In this document: positions 42,879 to 52,530 of the stretch, piece by piece
How positions within the stretch are numbered: the first letter of the stretch is position 1
Layout of the letters: the number at the start of each line of letters is the position of its first letter
Virus record (IMG/VR): IMGVR_UViG_3300045988_165705
Length of the DNA: 64,000 nt
Reading direction: 5' to 3' (one strand)
From: a virus
Notes under the pieces: generated by a model
What the model was told of the DNA's origin: nothing
Seen by the model: the letters and a program-made list of their open reading frames with translations, nothing else
Database searches by the model: none
Made by a program: the position numbers and the translations under genes

Positions 42879-44084
42879 ATGCTTGAGCTTCAGGGAAAAT
42901 ACGCTTCGGCAAAAGTGTTTACCGATGTGGTCGATAACGAATCCATTTCTCAGGTCATCAATCTCTTGAACCAGCCCTATGTCGAAGGTAGCCAGGTTCG
43001 CATGATGCCGGACATTCATGCCGGTGCTGGCTGCACCATTGGAACCACCATGACTATCAAGGATAAGATTTGCCCAAACCTTGTTGGCGTTGACATTGGA
43101 TGCGGCATGGAAACCATCCGCCTGAAGGAGACCTACATCGAGCCGCAAAAGTTGGACAAGGTTATCCGTGAGGGCATTCCGTCTGGTTTTTCAATTCGTT
43201 CCGTCCCGCATCGTTACGCAAAGGAAATCGATTTATCGCAGCTGTGCTGCGCGAAGAAGGTCAATACCGACCGTGCCTATCATAGCATTGGTACTTTGGG
43301 CGGCGGCAATCATTTTATTGAGGCGAACAAGGACGATGATGGGAACATCTATATCGTTGTCCACTCCGGCAGCCGTCATCTGGGTTTAGAAATCGCCAAC
43401 TTCTATCAGGAGGCTGCTTTCAGGGCACTGACCTCTTATAGCCACGAAGAGATTGAGGCGGCTATTGAACAGCTGAAAGCGGATGGCCGCCAGAAAGAGA
43501 TTCAAGCGGTGCTGAAGTCCATGAAATCCAAGCGTTCACCCGTTCCCAAACCGCTTGCATATGTGAATGGTGAGCTCTTTGAGCAGTATCTTCATGATAT
43601 GAAAATTGCACAGCGTTTTGCTGAGCTGAACCGGCAGGCGATGATGGATACCATTGTCAAAGGAATGGGATTCCATGTGATTGAGCAATTTACAACGATT
43701 CACAACTACATTGATGTGGATAACATGATTTTGCGTAAGGGTTCTGTGTCTGCACAAACCGGTGAGCGTCTGTTGATTCCCATCAATATGCGTGATGGCA
43801 GCCTGCTTTGCACCGGCAAGGGCAATCCGGATTGGAACTTCTCCGCTCCTCATGGTGCCGGTCGGCTGATGAGCCGCAGCGCTGCAAAAGAAGCTTTCAC
43901 TGTATCCGAATTCAAAAAGCAGATGGCGGGTATCTACACGACATCTGTTGGGCACAGCACGCTGGATGAATGCCCGATGGCCTATAAGGGCATGGATGAT
44001 ATTGTCGGTAATATCGAGCCAGCTGTAACCGTCGATGCCATTATCAAGCCCATTTATAATTTCAAGGCGGGTGATGAAGATTGA
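42879..44084 (+). CDS. rtcB: RtcB RNA 3'-phosphate/5'-OH ligase
   Basis: 'MPDIHAGAGC', 'GGGNHFIE', 'HSGSRHLG', 'PHGAGR'. 401 aa. Confidence 0.9.
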   Translation: MLELQGKYASAKVFTDVVDNESISQVINLLNQPYVEGSQVRMMPDIHAGAGCTIGTTMTIKDKICPNLVGVDIGCGMETIRLKETYIEPQKLDKVIREGIPSGFSIRSVPHRYAKEIDLSQLCCAKKVNTDRAYHSIGTLGGGNHFIEANKDDDGNIYIVVHSGSRHLGLEIANFYQEAAFRALTSYSHEEIEAAIEQLKADGRQKEIQAVLKSMKSKRSPVPKPLAYVNGELFEQYLHDMKIAQRFAELNRQAMMDTIVKGMGFHVIEQFTTIHNYIDVDNMILRKGSVSAQTGERLLIPINMRDGSLLCTGKGNPDWNFSAPHGAGRLMSRSAAKEAFTVSEFKKQMAGIYTTSVGHSTLDECPMAYKGMDDIVGNIEPAVTVDAIIKPIYNFKAGDED

Positions 44085-45373
44085 TTGCTGCAACGCCGCT
44101 GTCAGATTCTATCGTAAAATTACGCTGTTTGCAGGAAGCGAGCGGCTCCATAAGAAAGACCCAGCTATTACGGGAGTTCCAAGATGATGCGAACTTCCGT
44201 ATTTTTTTATATTACGCGCTCAACCCGATGCTCACCTATAAGATTTCGGAGCAGACGCTTCGCTCCACTGTCCGGTATGATTCAACCATTACACTGACAA
44301 TGACAGACATCTTTTCTGTCTGCGAGCTGCTGTCCAAGAGAAAGGCATTGGATGCCGGTACGGTGTATCAGGTTTGCGCATTCGTGCAGAGCGCCCCGCT
44401 GGATGAAGCTGATGTTTATATCAAGCTTCTTTCAAAGACACTCCGGCTGGGCGTAACGGCAAAGACCGTGAACAAGGTTATCCCCAATCTGATTCCGGAG
44501 TGGGAGGTTCAGCAGGCATATCCCATTGATAAGTATCCGCTGAAAGAGAACACAGAATTTTGGCTGACACAAAAGCTAAACGGCGTTCGGGCGACCTATT
44601 ACAAAGGCAGACTGTACGCAAGAAGCGGAGTCCCCTATGAAGGACTTGACCATATTCTGGATGCTCTCTGTTTTGATGAAGAGGATAGCTATGTATTCGA
44701 CGGCGAGCTGACTCTTCGTGAGAAGGGCAGCCTCTCAGATAATGAGGCGTTCCGCAAAGCCACCGGTATTATCAACTCGGATGATGGTGATAAAACGGTG
44801 ATTTGCTACACGATTTTTGATGTTCTGACGGTCGAAGAGTTCCACCGTGGGCAAAGCGACGGCAATTACGGCTACCGCCGTGCTTTCTTAGACCAGCTTC
44901 ACCGCTTCATTCCGCAAGATGGCCGGGTCAGCATCCTGCCGGTTTTGTATCATGGAAAAGACCAGAGCAAAATCAGTGAACTGCTGGAGCAAATGGTTCG
45001 TGAGGATAAAGAGGGGCTGATGGTCAACCTTGATGTTCCCTATCAGTGCAGACGACACAACGGAATCCTGAAGGTCAAACGCTTTTACACGATGGACTTA
45101 CGCATTCTCCGCTGCGAAGAAGGCGGCGGAAGATTGGCAGGGACTTTGGGTGCGTTTGTACTCGACTATAAGGGGAATGAAGTCAAGGTCGGCTCCGGGT
45201 TCACCGATGAGCAGCGGGCAACATTCTGGCAAGGAAAAGATGACCTGCCGGGTTTGCTCTGCGAAGTAAAGTACAAGGAAATATCCAGTGATAAAAACAC
45301 CGGTGCTGAGAGTCTTCAGTTCCCGGTGTTTATTTCTATCCGAACCGATAAAACCGAAGTCAGCTTCGGATAA
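44081..45373 (+). CDS. ATP-dependent DNA (or nucleic-acid) ligase
   Basis: Nucleotidyltransferase motifs 'TQKLNGVR' (motif I Lys), 'FDGEL', 'KEGLMV', 'ILKVK'. Overlaps the rtcB stop. Confidence 0.75.
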   Translation: MIAATPLSDSIVKLRCLQEASGSIRKTQLLREFQDDANFRIFLYYALNPMLTYKISEQTLRSTVRYDSTITLTMTDIFSVCELLSKRKALDAGTVYQVCAFVQSAPLDEADVYIKLLSKTLRLGVTAKTVNKVIPNLIPEWEVQQAYPIDKYPLKENTEFWLTQKLNGVRATYYKGRLYARSGVPYEGLDHILDALCFDEEDSYVFDGELTLREKGSLSDNEAFRKATGIINSDDGDKTVICYTIFDVLTVEEFHRGQSDGNYGYRRAFLDQLHRFIPQDGRVSILPVLYHGKDQSKISELLEQMVREDKEGLMVNLDVPYQCRRHNGILKVKRFYTMDLRILRCEEGGGRLAGTLGAFVLDYKGNEVKVGSGFTDEQRATFWQGKDDLPGLLCEVKYKEISSDKNTGAESLQFPVFISIRTDKTEVSFG

Positions 45374-45392
45374 ATCAGAGAGGAGGTCTTGC

Positions 45393-45791
45393 ATGAAAAA
45401 ACAATCAAAGCCACCGCAGTTCTCCGAATCCATCGGGGCGTTCTGCCGAATGATGGAGGATGCGCAGAAAGATTATGCGTGGAATTATAGCGAGGTCAAC
45501 CGCATAGACAGGCTTACGCAGGACTACCTCCACAAACTGGAGCTTGACGGCCTCGACTATAAGGAACGGGCAAAGGTTGCCACAGGTCTTGCCAAATGCA
45601 GACAGGCACGCCGTGAATACAAAGACACGGTAGAAATCCTCGAACCGCTCGTTCAGTTTTTGGAAAGCGACAAAGGCAAAAACCTTTTGAACTTGATGCG
45701 CGAGGCACTGGGAAAGACCAGAAAGGTCGAGAAGTGCATGGAAACCCGCACATACATACCACGAGTTTTAGAACAGGAGGTAAGCAAGTGA
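45393..45791 (+). CDS. hypothetical protein
   Basis: Start set at MKKQSKPPQF with GAGGAGG upstream. Confidence 0.6.
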   Translation: MKKQSKPPQFSESIGAFCRMMEDAQKDYAWNYSEVNRIDRLTQDYLHKLELDGLDYKERAKVATGLAKCRQARREYKDTVEILEPLVQFLESDKGKNLLNLMREALGKTRKVEKCMETRTYIPRVLEQEVSK

Positions 45792-45973
45792 ACATCGTGT
45801 TCTGGCTCATCGTCATCGTTGCGCTTGTGCTGTTATGGTTCTGTCTGAGCTTTGCCTTTAAGGGCATTGGTGCATTCAGCCTGCGAATTTACAACGATGC
45901 GAAAAAGGAAATCTCCGAGGAATCGGAAGAGAAATCTGAAAAAACAACAGAGGAGTTAAAGGATGAAGGGTAA
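45788..45973 (+). CDS. small membrane protein
   Basis: GTG start (GTGA overlap, GGAGG 7 nt upstream). 'NIVFWLIVIVALVLLWFCLSFAF'. Confidence 0.5.
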   Translation: MNIVFWLIVIVALVLLWFCLSFAFKGIGAFSLRIYNDAKKEISEESEEKSEKTTEELKDEG

Positions 45974-46850
45974 AATCGGCGCAATTATTTTGGGTATCGT
46001 GATGGTCTTCTGCCTGATTGCCTGCATTGTGTGTCTTGAGAAAATCCCCGCCGGTTATGTCGGCGTCGTGTACAACATGAACGGCGGCGTTGATGGCGAG
46101 GTTCTGACACAGGGCTGGCATCTGGTTGCCCCGACCAAGAAGGTGACACAGTATTCTATCGGTATTGAACAGTCTTATTTGACAGCTGAGGATAAGGGCG
46201 ATTCGCCCAAGGATGAGAGTTTTAATATTCCAACCTCAGATGGCAAGACAGTCCGTGTGAATATCGAGTTCTCATATCGTTTTGATGAGGCGCGAGTCTC
46301 CGAAACCTTTGCTATGTTCAAAGGAAAGTCAGGAGAGGCAATCAAGGATTCGTTCATCAAGCCCAAGGTTATTGCATGGACACAGGAGGTGTCTGCCAAC
46401 TATCCCGTCACTGATATCTTTGGCGACAAGCGCACCGAAATCAATGCCGAGTTGGACACCTATCTGCGTGAGAAGTTCGACCAGTATGGCATTATCATCG
46501 ACACGGTGAACTTCACCGATATTTCCGTTGATGAGGAGACTGCTGCCGCTATCCAGAAAAAGGTTACCGCTCAGCAGGAGCTGGAACTGGCGAACATTGA
46601 GAAGCAGACCGCAAAGATTCAGGCAGAAAAGGACAGAGAGGTTGCCCAGATTAACGCAGAAAAAGCGGTTATCGAAGCGGAGGCAAAGGCAGAAGCTCTG
46701 CGTATTGCAGCCGAAGCCGAGGCTGAGGCAAACCGTATGATTGCCGGTTCTCTGACCGGTGAGTTGATTGAAAAAATCAAGTATGAGCAGTGGAATGGCG
46801 AACTGCCTACTGTGACCGGTTCCAGTTCCATTATCAGCATCGAACCCTAA
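45963..46850 (+). CDS. SPFH/Band-7 (prohibitin/HflC-like) membrane protein
   Basis: N-terminal TM segment, then 'IPAGYVGVVYNMNGGV...GWHLVAPTKKV'. The C-terminal end is a coiled coil rich in AEAEA. Confidence 0.75.
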   Translation: MKGKIGAIILGIVMVFCLIACIVCLEKIPAGYVGVVYNMNGGVDGEVLTQGWHLVAPTKKVTQYSIGIEQSYLTAEDKGDSPKDESFNIPTSDGKTVRVNIEFSYRFDEARVSETFAMFKGKSGEAIKDSFIKPKVIAWTQEVSANYPVTDIFGDKRTEINAELDTYLREKFDQYGIIIDTVNFTDISVDEETAAAIQKKVTAQQELELANIEKQTAKIQAEKDREVAQINAEKAVIEAEAKAEALRIAAEAEAEANRMIAGSLTGELIEKIKYEQWNGELPTVTGSSSIISIEP

Positions 46851-46866
46851 TAAGCACTAAGGAGGA

Positions 46867-47367
46867 ATGAGTTTGACGACCGCTTTTTATATGTTCATTT
46901 TGTTTCTGGCAAAGGTTCTGGACAATACGCTCAATACGGCAAAGACAATTCTTGTTCAGCGCAACCGTTGCCTGCTTGCCGGTGTCGCTCTCGGCCTGTC
47001 AAACTTCATTTACCTGAGTATCACAAAAGACATCGTTACCAGCGACAGCACACTCGCCCTTGTGATAGTTTCCATAGCAAGCGGCGTTGGGTGCTGTCTT
47101 GCCGTTACCCTCAGTAATCGATTCTCAAAAGACAGAACCTATGTGAATGTCATCTTGTCGGATGACAAGGAAGCGATGAAAGAGTTCCGTGATTTCCTGG
47201 CGGAAAATCATATCACCAATGTCGCTACCGATAGCTACACATTGGACTGGAGCCGGAAATCCATTTCCATCACCGCTTATGCTCAAACAAAAGTTCAGAG
47301 CCGTCTGATAGACGAGTACATCGAACGGAGTTTATTGAAATGCAAGAGAGTCATCCGAAAGAATTGA
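46867..47367 (+). CDS. UPF0316/DUF2179-like membrane protein
   Basis: Three hydrophobic segments followed by a soluble C-terminal domain. The start may instead be TTG 46873, which has better SD spacing. Confidence 0.55.
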   Translation: MSLTTAFYMFILFLAKVLDNTLNTAKTILVQRNRCLLAGVALGLSNFIYLSITKDIVTSDSTLALVIVSIASGVGCCLAVTLSNRFSKDRTYVNVILSDDKEAMKEFRDFLAENHITNVATDSYTLDWSRKSISITAYAQTKVQSRLIDEYIERSLLKCKRVIRKN

Positions 47368-47660
47368 GAACGATGGTTTCAACCATTGAGCATTTTCTTG
47401 CCCGTTTTCATCTGGCCGATGATGTCGATACGGTATTTACCAACGGCTGTTGCTACTGGTTTGCAGTTATTCTGCACTGCCGCTTCCCTGACAGCACACT
47501 GATGTATGACCAGGTGAAAAATCATTTTGTTACCCAGATACAAGGTCGGCTTTATGACATCACTGGTGATGTGACTGAAAAGTACCAAGTAAAACCGTGG
47601 GATGCGTTGGATGATGAACTCTTAAAAAAGAGAATTGTCCGAGACTGCATCCTGTTTTAA
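47340..47660 (+). CDS. hypothetical protein
   Basis: 106-aa ORF. Alternative start at ATG 47373. Confidence 0.55.
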   Translation: MQESHPKELRTMVSTIEHFLARFHLADDVDTVFTNGCCYWFAVILHCRFPDSTLMYDQVKNHFVTQIQGRLYDITGDVTEKYQVKPWDALDDELLKKRIVRDCILF

Positions 47661-47676
47661 TTAGGAGGAAAGTTTC

Positions 47677-48762
47677 ATGCGACATTTAGCTACTATTCGT
47701 GAGATTACAACCCTCCGTCCGATTGCAGGAGCAGACCGCATCGAGGTTGCTCAGGTTGACGGATGGGAGTGCGTTGTCCAGAAGGGCGAGTTCCATACTG
47801 GGGAACACATCGTCTATATCGAAGTTGATTCCATTGTTCCAGAGAGACCGGAGTTTGAGTTTTTGCGTGACCGTAAGTTCCGTGTTCGCACCATTAAGCT
47901 TCGTGGTCAGGTCAGTCAGGGCTTGGTTCTCCCGCTGTCCATTCTGCCGAATGGCGCTCCCGCCGATTTGGGTGCCGATGTGACCGATGTTTTGGGCATC
48001 AAGAAATATGACCCTGAAGCACAGCAGGAGGCACAGCTGCTGACCAAGCAGCCCATCAAACCTAAGAGCGCACTGGTGCTATTCCTTATGCGCTTCAAGT
48101 GGTATCGTAAGCTGTTCATGAAGCCCAAGCGCAAGGGCGGTTTCCCTGATTGGATTGTCAAGACCGATGAGACTCGCATCCAGAACCTTACTGCGCTCTT
48201 TGAGGCAGAGCGTAACAAGGGAACAGAGTTTTCCGTTACGGAGAAGATGGACGGCCAGTCAGCAACTTACTACCTGCGCAAGCTTTCCAAGCGCAAGTAT
48301 GAGTTCGGCGTGTGCAGCCGCAACATCTACCTCGGCACACCGGACAACAGTTCCTACTGGACGATTGCCAAGAAGTACAACATTGAGAATGTGCTGCGGC
48401 AGCTCATCGGTGATTATGAAACCATCGTTTTACAGGGTGAGATTTGCGGCAATCAGATTCAGGGCAACAAGTATCACATCAGCAACTACGAACTGTTTGC
48501 GTTCAATCTGATTTTCCCTGACCACAAATGCACTACTGCGGAAATCAAGGAACTGTTGGCACCTTATGGTATTCGCTCTGTTCCCATCGTTGAAGAGGGT
48601 AAAACGCTGCCTGATACCATTGCGGAATTGGTGGAGTATTCTAAGGGGTATTCTGTGGTTCGCAATGGGCAGAAGCGTGAGGGCGTTGTCATGCGGAATG
48701 TCAAAAACAACATCAGCTTCAAGGTCATCAATCCTGACTTCCTGTTGGCAGAAAAGGATTGA
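47677..48762 (+). CDS. ATP-dependent RNA ligase (phage-type, N-terminal OB-like domain)
   Basis: 'VTEKMDGQSATYY' (KxDG). The N-terminal 'IAGADRIEVAQVDGWECVVQKGEF' is typical of the RNA-ligase family that co-occurs with RlaP. Confidence 0.75.
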   Translation: MRHLATIREITTLRPIAGADRIEVAQVDGWECVVQKGEFHTGEHIVYIEVDSIVPERPEFEFLRDRKFRVRTIKLRGQVSQGLVLPLSILPNGAPADLGADVTDVLGIKKYDPEAQQEAQLLTKQPIKPKSALVLFLMRFKWYRKLFMKPKRKGGFPDWIVKTDETRIQNLTALFEAERNKGTEFSVTEKMDGQSATYYLRKLSKRKYEFGVCSRNIYLGTPDNSSYWTIAKKYNIENVLRQLIGDYETIVLQGEICGNQIQGNKYHISNYELFAFNLIFPDHKCTTAEIKELLAPYGIRSVPIVEEGKTLPDTIAELVEYSKGYSVVRNGQKREGVVMRNVKNNISFKVINPDFLLAEKD

Positions 48763-48792
48763 CCCGTACATCTGCGAAAGGAGATGCAAACC

Positions 48793-49275
48793 ATGAGCGG
48801 AGTATCTATCGACTTGACAGGCGAGACTTTTGGAAATCTGAAGGTCATTCGCCGTGTCAAAAACAATCACAATCGTCAGCCACGGTGGCTTTGTGAATGT
48901 AAGTGCGGCAATACATATATCGCCGAGGGGCGCTACCTCAAGTCTGGTAAGACAAAATCCTGTGGTTGCATCCCTCGTGGCGCAAAGAGCGCAACAGCCA
49001 TGACAAGCCGTGAGGAATGGGACTCTTCCGAAAGCAGGATGCGCTTGCAGCACGATGGAGCAGACCCATATCAGAGCTTGGCAAACGCCATTGTTTGTGT
49101 TGCTGCGGATGATTATCGTACCGCGCTAAAGGATAATAACGAATCGCTGCAGAAAGAGTTGGAAAAGTTTTTTCACTCAGCGTGGTATAAACTCTTGACG
49201 AATACAGACCCAGATAGACTGCTGGCGCTTTTGCGCCGTGAGCATCGTGGAACTTTGAGCGTAGCTTATATCTAA
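48793..49275 (+). CDS. hypothetical Zn-binding protein
   Basis: 'LTGETFGNLKVI...WLCECKCGN...SCGC' motif. Start set at ATG 48793, 9 nt after AAGGAG. Confidence 0.6.
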   Translation: MSGVSIDLTGETFGNLKVIRRVKNNHNRQPRWLCECKCGNTYIAEGRYLKSGKTKSCGCIPRGAKSATAMTSREEWDSSESRMRLQHDGADPYQSLANAIVCVAADDYRTALKDNNESLQKELEKFFHSAWYKLLTNTDPDRLLALLRREHRGTLSVAYI

Positions 49276-49281
49276 TTTCCA

Positions 49282-49310
49282 AGAGCCGATTTATTCGGCT
49301 CTTTTTCTTT
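49282..49310 (+). terminator. rho-independent terminator
   Basis: agagccga-tttat-tcggctct followed by ttttcttt. Confidence 0.8.
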
Positions 49311-49321
49311 GGCATAATTCA

Positions 49322-49969
49322 ATGATTTTGCCAGAAGAAAAAATCGATGACATAGGAGGCGGTTCACTATTGAAAGTTAGTATTAGTCGAGGGAATGAAA
49401 AGCTCGGCAGCATCCAGAGCGTATCGCTTCCATCCGGTTTGACCTGCCGGGAGTGTGATTGCAGCAGGAAGTGTTACGCAAGACGCATAGAGCGCCGTCG
49501 GCCAAGTGTTGCGGCGGCTTATCGAAATAATCTACAGGTTTTAGAGACAGAACCGGCAACATACTGGCGGGAGGTCGAGGCGGCGATTATGCTGTCTCGA
49601 TTCTTCCGCTTTCATGTTTCCGGAGATATTCCAAATACCACTTATTTTCACATCATGATGGAGGTCGCCAAGCGCAATTCCCATTGTGAGATTCTATGCT
49701 TCACAAAGAAGTATGAAATCGTCAATGAGGTTCTGGCGTCTGGCATACCATTGCCTTCAAACCTACATATGTTTTTCAGCGCATGGAAAGGTCTAAGGAT
49801 GGATAATCCTTTCCAACTGCCGGAAGCCCATGTCCGATATAAAGATGGGACAACTACCGCAAGGTCAGACGCAAAAGAATGTGGCGGCAACTGCACGGAA
49901 TGTGCCTGCACATCTGGTGGCTGCTGGTCTTTGCACACAGGAGAACAGGTGGTATTTAACGAGCACTGA
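49322..49969 (+). CDS. GP88-like Cys-rich protein
   Basis: 'NEKLGSIQSVSLPSGLTCRECDCSRKCYA...FRFHVSGD' resembles the mycobacteriophage Gp88 domain. From recall only. Confidence 0.5.
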   Translation: MILPEEKIDDIGGGSLLKVSISRGNEKLGSIQSVSLPSGLTCRECDCSRKCYARRIERRRPSVAAAYRNNLQVLETEPATYWREVEAAIMLSRFFRFHVSGDIPNTTYFHIMMEVAKRNSHCEILCFTKKYEIVNEVLASGIPLPSNLHMFFSAWKGLRMDNPFQLPEAHVRYKDGTTTARSDAKECGGNCTECACTSGGCWSLHTGEQVVFNEH

Positions 49970-49982
49970 CAGGAGGGATTGA

Positions 49983-50543
49983 ATGAAGCGGATACTTCCG
50001 CCGATTTTTATGCTGATGGTGGTTGTGGTAATTGCATTTGCCACACCTATTGATGCACAGAAAGAGCAGCAGCAGGTCGAGCCTATAACAACAGCACTGC
50101 ATACAGAAGGAACTTTTGAGACAAACCTTGCAGCCGAGCCGGAGACCGTCGAGGTTGATGACGGTTTGCTGACCTCTCCGTCAGGATTAACGGCAGAAGA
50201 CTTACACCTTCGCCATAACCTGATTGGATTGGAGCAAGTATTCATTGATGCTGAGGTTAAGCATGGGGTTCGTGCAGATTTTCTTGCTGCTGTTGCGGCG
50301 CTGGAAAGTGGTTGGGGACGCTATCAATTCCGCCCAAATAACATTATGGGCTTCGGGCAGATGGAGTTTTCCAGTATGGAAGAGTGCATTGACACGGTCG
50401 CCGCATATCTCGCCAAACATTATCTCAGTCCCGATGGCAAATATTATAACGGCGAAACTGTTGAAGGGGTCTGCGTTCGGTATAACGGAAACCCCGAGTG
50501 GGCAGAAGTAGTCCAGCAAATCATGGAGGAGGTGCGGTCTTGA
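49983..50543 (+). CDS. secreted glucosaminidase/lysozyme-like cell-wall hydrolase
   Basis: Signal peptide 'ILPPIFMLMVVVVIAFA'. 'FLAAVAALESGWGRYQFRPNNIMGFG'. Confidence 0.65.
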   Translation: MKRILPPIFMLMVVVVIAFATPIDAQKEQQQVEPITTALHTEGTFETNLAAEPETVEVDDGLLTSPSGLTAEDLHLRHNLIGLEQVFIDAEVKHGVRADFLAAVAALESGWGRYQFRPNNIMGFGQMEFSSMEECIDTVAAYLAKHYLSPDGKYYNGETVEGVCVRYNGNPEWAEVVQQIMEEVRS

Positions 50544-50995
50544 CAAAATTCGGTTTGAACGGTTTTCTTGAGCGGACAAAGGGCGCTTCTCTGCGCTACA
50601 AGCTGAGAGAGTTTTGGTGGCAGCTGCGGTATGCATGGCAGCGTGCATGGCGCGGCTATGATTTCACCGATGTCTTCGAGCTTGGGTACAACTTCACAGC
50701 TAAGATGCCCGTTCTACTTACAGAGTTTCTGAAAAACAATGTCGGCCTGTTCTACGATGTCGAAGCAGATAAACAGCTTGATGAGGAAGAAACAAATGCG
50801 GTTATTAAGGAGATGATTTTCTACTTTGAGAACTGCGATGAAGACCATGTGTATCAACGACTGCACCAGAATCGCTACTATGAAGATGGTGAGTATGACC
50901 CGGAAAAGTGGGAGTCAGTTCGTGTAGAGCTGGAGCGATGCCGAGCCAAAGCACTGCGCCTGTTTTCCAAGTGGTGTTTCCATCTTTGGTACTAA
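50540..50995 (+). CDS. hypothetical protein
   Basis: TTG start overlapping the upstream stop (TTGA), with GGAGGAGG 7 nt upstream. Confidence 0.55.
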   Translation: MTKFGLNGFLERTKGASLRYKLREFWWQLRYAWQRAWRGYDFTDVFELGYNFTAKMPVLLTEFLKNNVGLFYDVEADKQLDEEETNAVIKEMIFYFENCDEDHVYQRLHQNRYYEDGEYDPEKWESVRVELERCRAKALRLFSKWCFHLWY

Positions 50996-51033
50996 CTTGC
51001 AACATAGAAGAAAGTGAAGTGGAGGTATCCAAA

Positions 51034-51450
51034 ATGAGTATGAGCTACTGGATTTGTGAGGGCGTCGGGATTCGTGCCAATCAGCTGCGCCCTTTTCTGA
51101 ATCCGCAGAAGTGTATCCAGCTTTTGAAGGAGCAACTGCCCAGTGAAGAAATCTCGGAGGATGGGTTTGACATTGATGACTACCTTTATGGCGAACCTTT
51201 TGAGAATCTTGCGGATGTCTTTACCTTTTGTGACGATACGGATTCCCTGACATACGGTGACAACGGCGATGGGGAATCTTACTTCTATTATCCGCCTTCT
51301 TACCCGTGGGAGCGGACAGAAAACGAGCCATCAAGTATTGCAGAAGTCCATGAGCGGGTTATCAAAGCCGTCCTCCGTCTCTGCGATATGACACGAGAGC
51401 AAGTCGAGACACTGATTGATGATGACATCTATGACTACGGTTGCGGTTAA
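51034..51450 (+). CDS. acidic hypothetical protein
   Basis: Start set at MSMSYWICEG with GGAGG upstream. Confidence 0.6.
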   Translation: MSMSYWICEGVGIRANQLRPFLNPQKCIQLLKEQLPSEEISEDGFDIDDYLYGEPFENLADVFTFCDDTDSLTYGDNGDGESYFYYPPSYPWERTENEPSSIAEVHERVIKAVLRLCDMTREQVETLIDDDIYDYGCG

Positions 51451-51466
51451 TCAGGAGGGTGCCTTT

Positions 51467-51649
51467 ATGAATGTAAACATCATCGGGAACAAGGTCTTTG
51501 TAAACGGGTCTCTCCTGCCTCCGATTCCAGGTGCGAAATCAAGCGTGAGCCTGTCGCAGGTAGGCAATAGACTGTATGTCAACGGGTATGAATACCGTAA
51601 TGGCCGCTGGAAGCGAACGCTGCGTGCAATTATTCACGCTTTGTTTTGA
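51467..51649 (+). CDS. small hypothetical protein
   Basis: Start set at MNVNIIGNK with AGGAGGG upstream. Confidence 0.5.
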   Translation: MNVNIIGNKVFVNGSLLPPIPGAKSSVSLSQVGNRLYVNGYEYRNGRWKRTLRAIIHALF

Positions 51650-51660
51650 GGTGCTCCCAA

Positions 51661-51873
51661 ATGCGTAAATGTACTATGTGTCAAAACCATGACTCCTGCT
51701 CTGAGCAAAGAAGAAGAGAGTGTCGTGTCCGTGATTATCTCTTTTTTCGTCCTACTTTTGTTGGTAGGTGTGATAACTGCGGTGCCCCATTGTACGCAGA
51801 TAGTGTTCGCTACAAAGCAACAATTGGCAGGCAGACGCTGGAGTTATGTGAAAGTTGCTGTAAGAAAGTGTAG
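51661..51873 (+). CDS. small Cys-rich (zinc-ribbon-like) protein
   Basis: 'CTMCQ...CDNCG...CESCC'. GAGGTG RBS. Confidence 0.5.
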   Translation: MRKCTMCQNHDSCSEQRRRECRVRDYLFFRPTFVGRCDNCGAPLYADSVRYKATIGRQTLELCESCCKKV

Positions 51874-51879
51874 GTTGCT

Positions 51880-52044
51880 ATGAACACAATGCTTTTCCCT
51901 GAAGATGTCGCCAATGTAGTTCAGTCTTTTTACCTCTGCAACAAGGACGACGAGGCGACAACCGACTTGCTTTTGGCCGTCGGCGCCGAACTTCTCGACA
52001 TCTCCACCGACAAGATGCTGGAGATGATTACGGAGGGCTTCTGA
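51880..52044 (+). CDS. possible 54-aa protein
   Basis: Not in the ORF track. Its stop overlaps the next gene's ATG (ATGA-type coupling at 52042-52046). Weak RBS. Confidence 0.4.
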   Translation: MNTMLFPEDVANVVQSFYLCNKDDEATTDLLLAVGAELLDISTDKMLEMITEGF

Positions 52045-52232
52045 TGGGTAGGCCAAAACGCAGAAAACCACCAGAGATGCCATACTGGTGGTGGCTTGGT
52101 CAAGATGGCTGCTGGTTCTGCAAGACACGCAGTGCCTGTTCCAACTGCAGTGTTATCAAGAAAGACCGAAAAGCGTCATTTGGTAAGAAAGTGAAGGGCA
52201 GGCATTCGGCGAATCACAAGAAGGAGAGCTGA
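52044..52232 (+). CDS. small basic Cys-rich protein
   Basis: 'CWFCKTRSACSNCS'. 62 aa. Confidence 0.5.
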   Translation: MGRPKRRKPPEMPYWWWLGQDGCWFCKTRSACSNCSVIKKDRKASFGKKVKGRHSANHKKES

Positions 52233-52238
52233 TTTAAT

Positions 52239-52514
52239 ATGGCAATGGGGAACTTCTGCTACATCCAAAGTATTGAATGCCCTTATGCAACTGTGCTGGG
52301 AACCTGCCGGGATGATATCTACTCAGATTTCAACAAATGTGAGATGAATGGTGATGATATGCCGCCGATTGAATGGCCGCCTCATGAGCGCCGTTCATGG
52401 TGTGTAAATCAACACGCACACTGGGAAGTCCGTTATACCTGCTCAAAATGTGGGGAAACAGTGCGGAGAATAAAAGCGTTCTGCCCGTCTTGCAAAGCAA
52501 AAATGTCAGAGTGA
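52239..52514 (+). CDS. small Cys-rich protein
   Basis: 'CSKCGETVRRIKAFCPSC'. 91 aa. Confidence 0.55.
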   Translation: MAMGNFCYIQSIECPYATVLGTCRDDIYSDFNKCEMNGDDMPPIEWPPHERRSWCVNQHAHWEVRYTCSKCGETVRRIKAFCPSCKAKMSE

Positions 52515-52530
52515 AGGCAGGGCGGCTGAT

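Noticed and set aside
51844-52128. Minus-strand ORF 51844..52128 (94 aa).
   Set aside because: It lies opposite a plus-strand 54-aa ORF that is translationally coupled to the next gene. It would be a lone antisense gene inside a unidirectional array and has no RBS.
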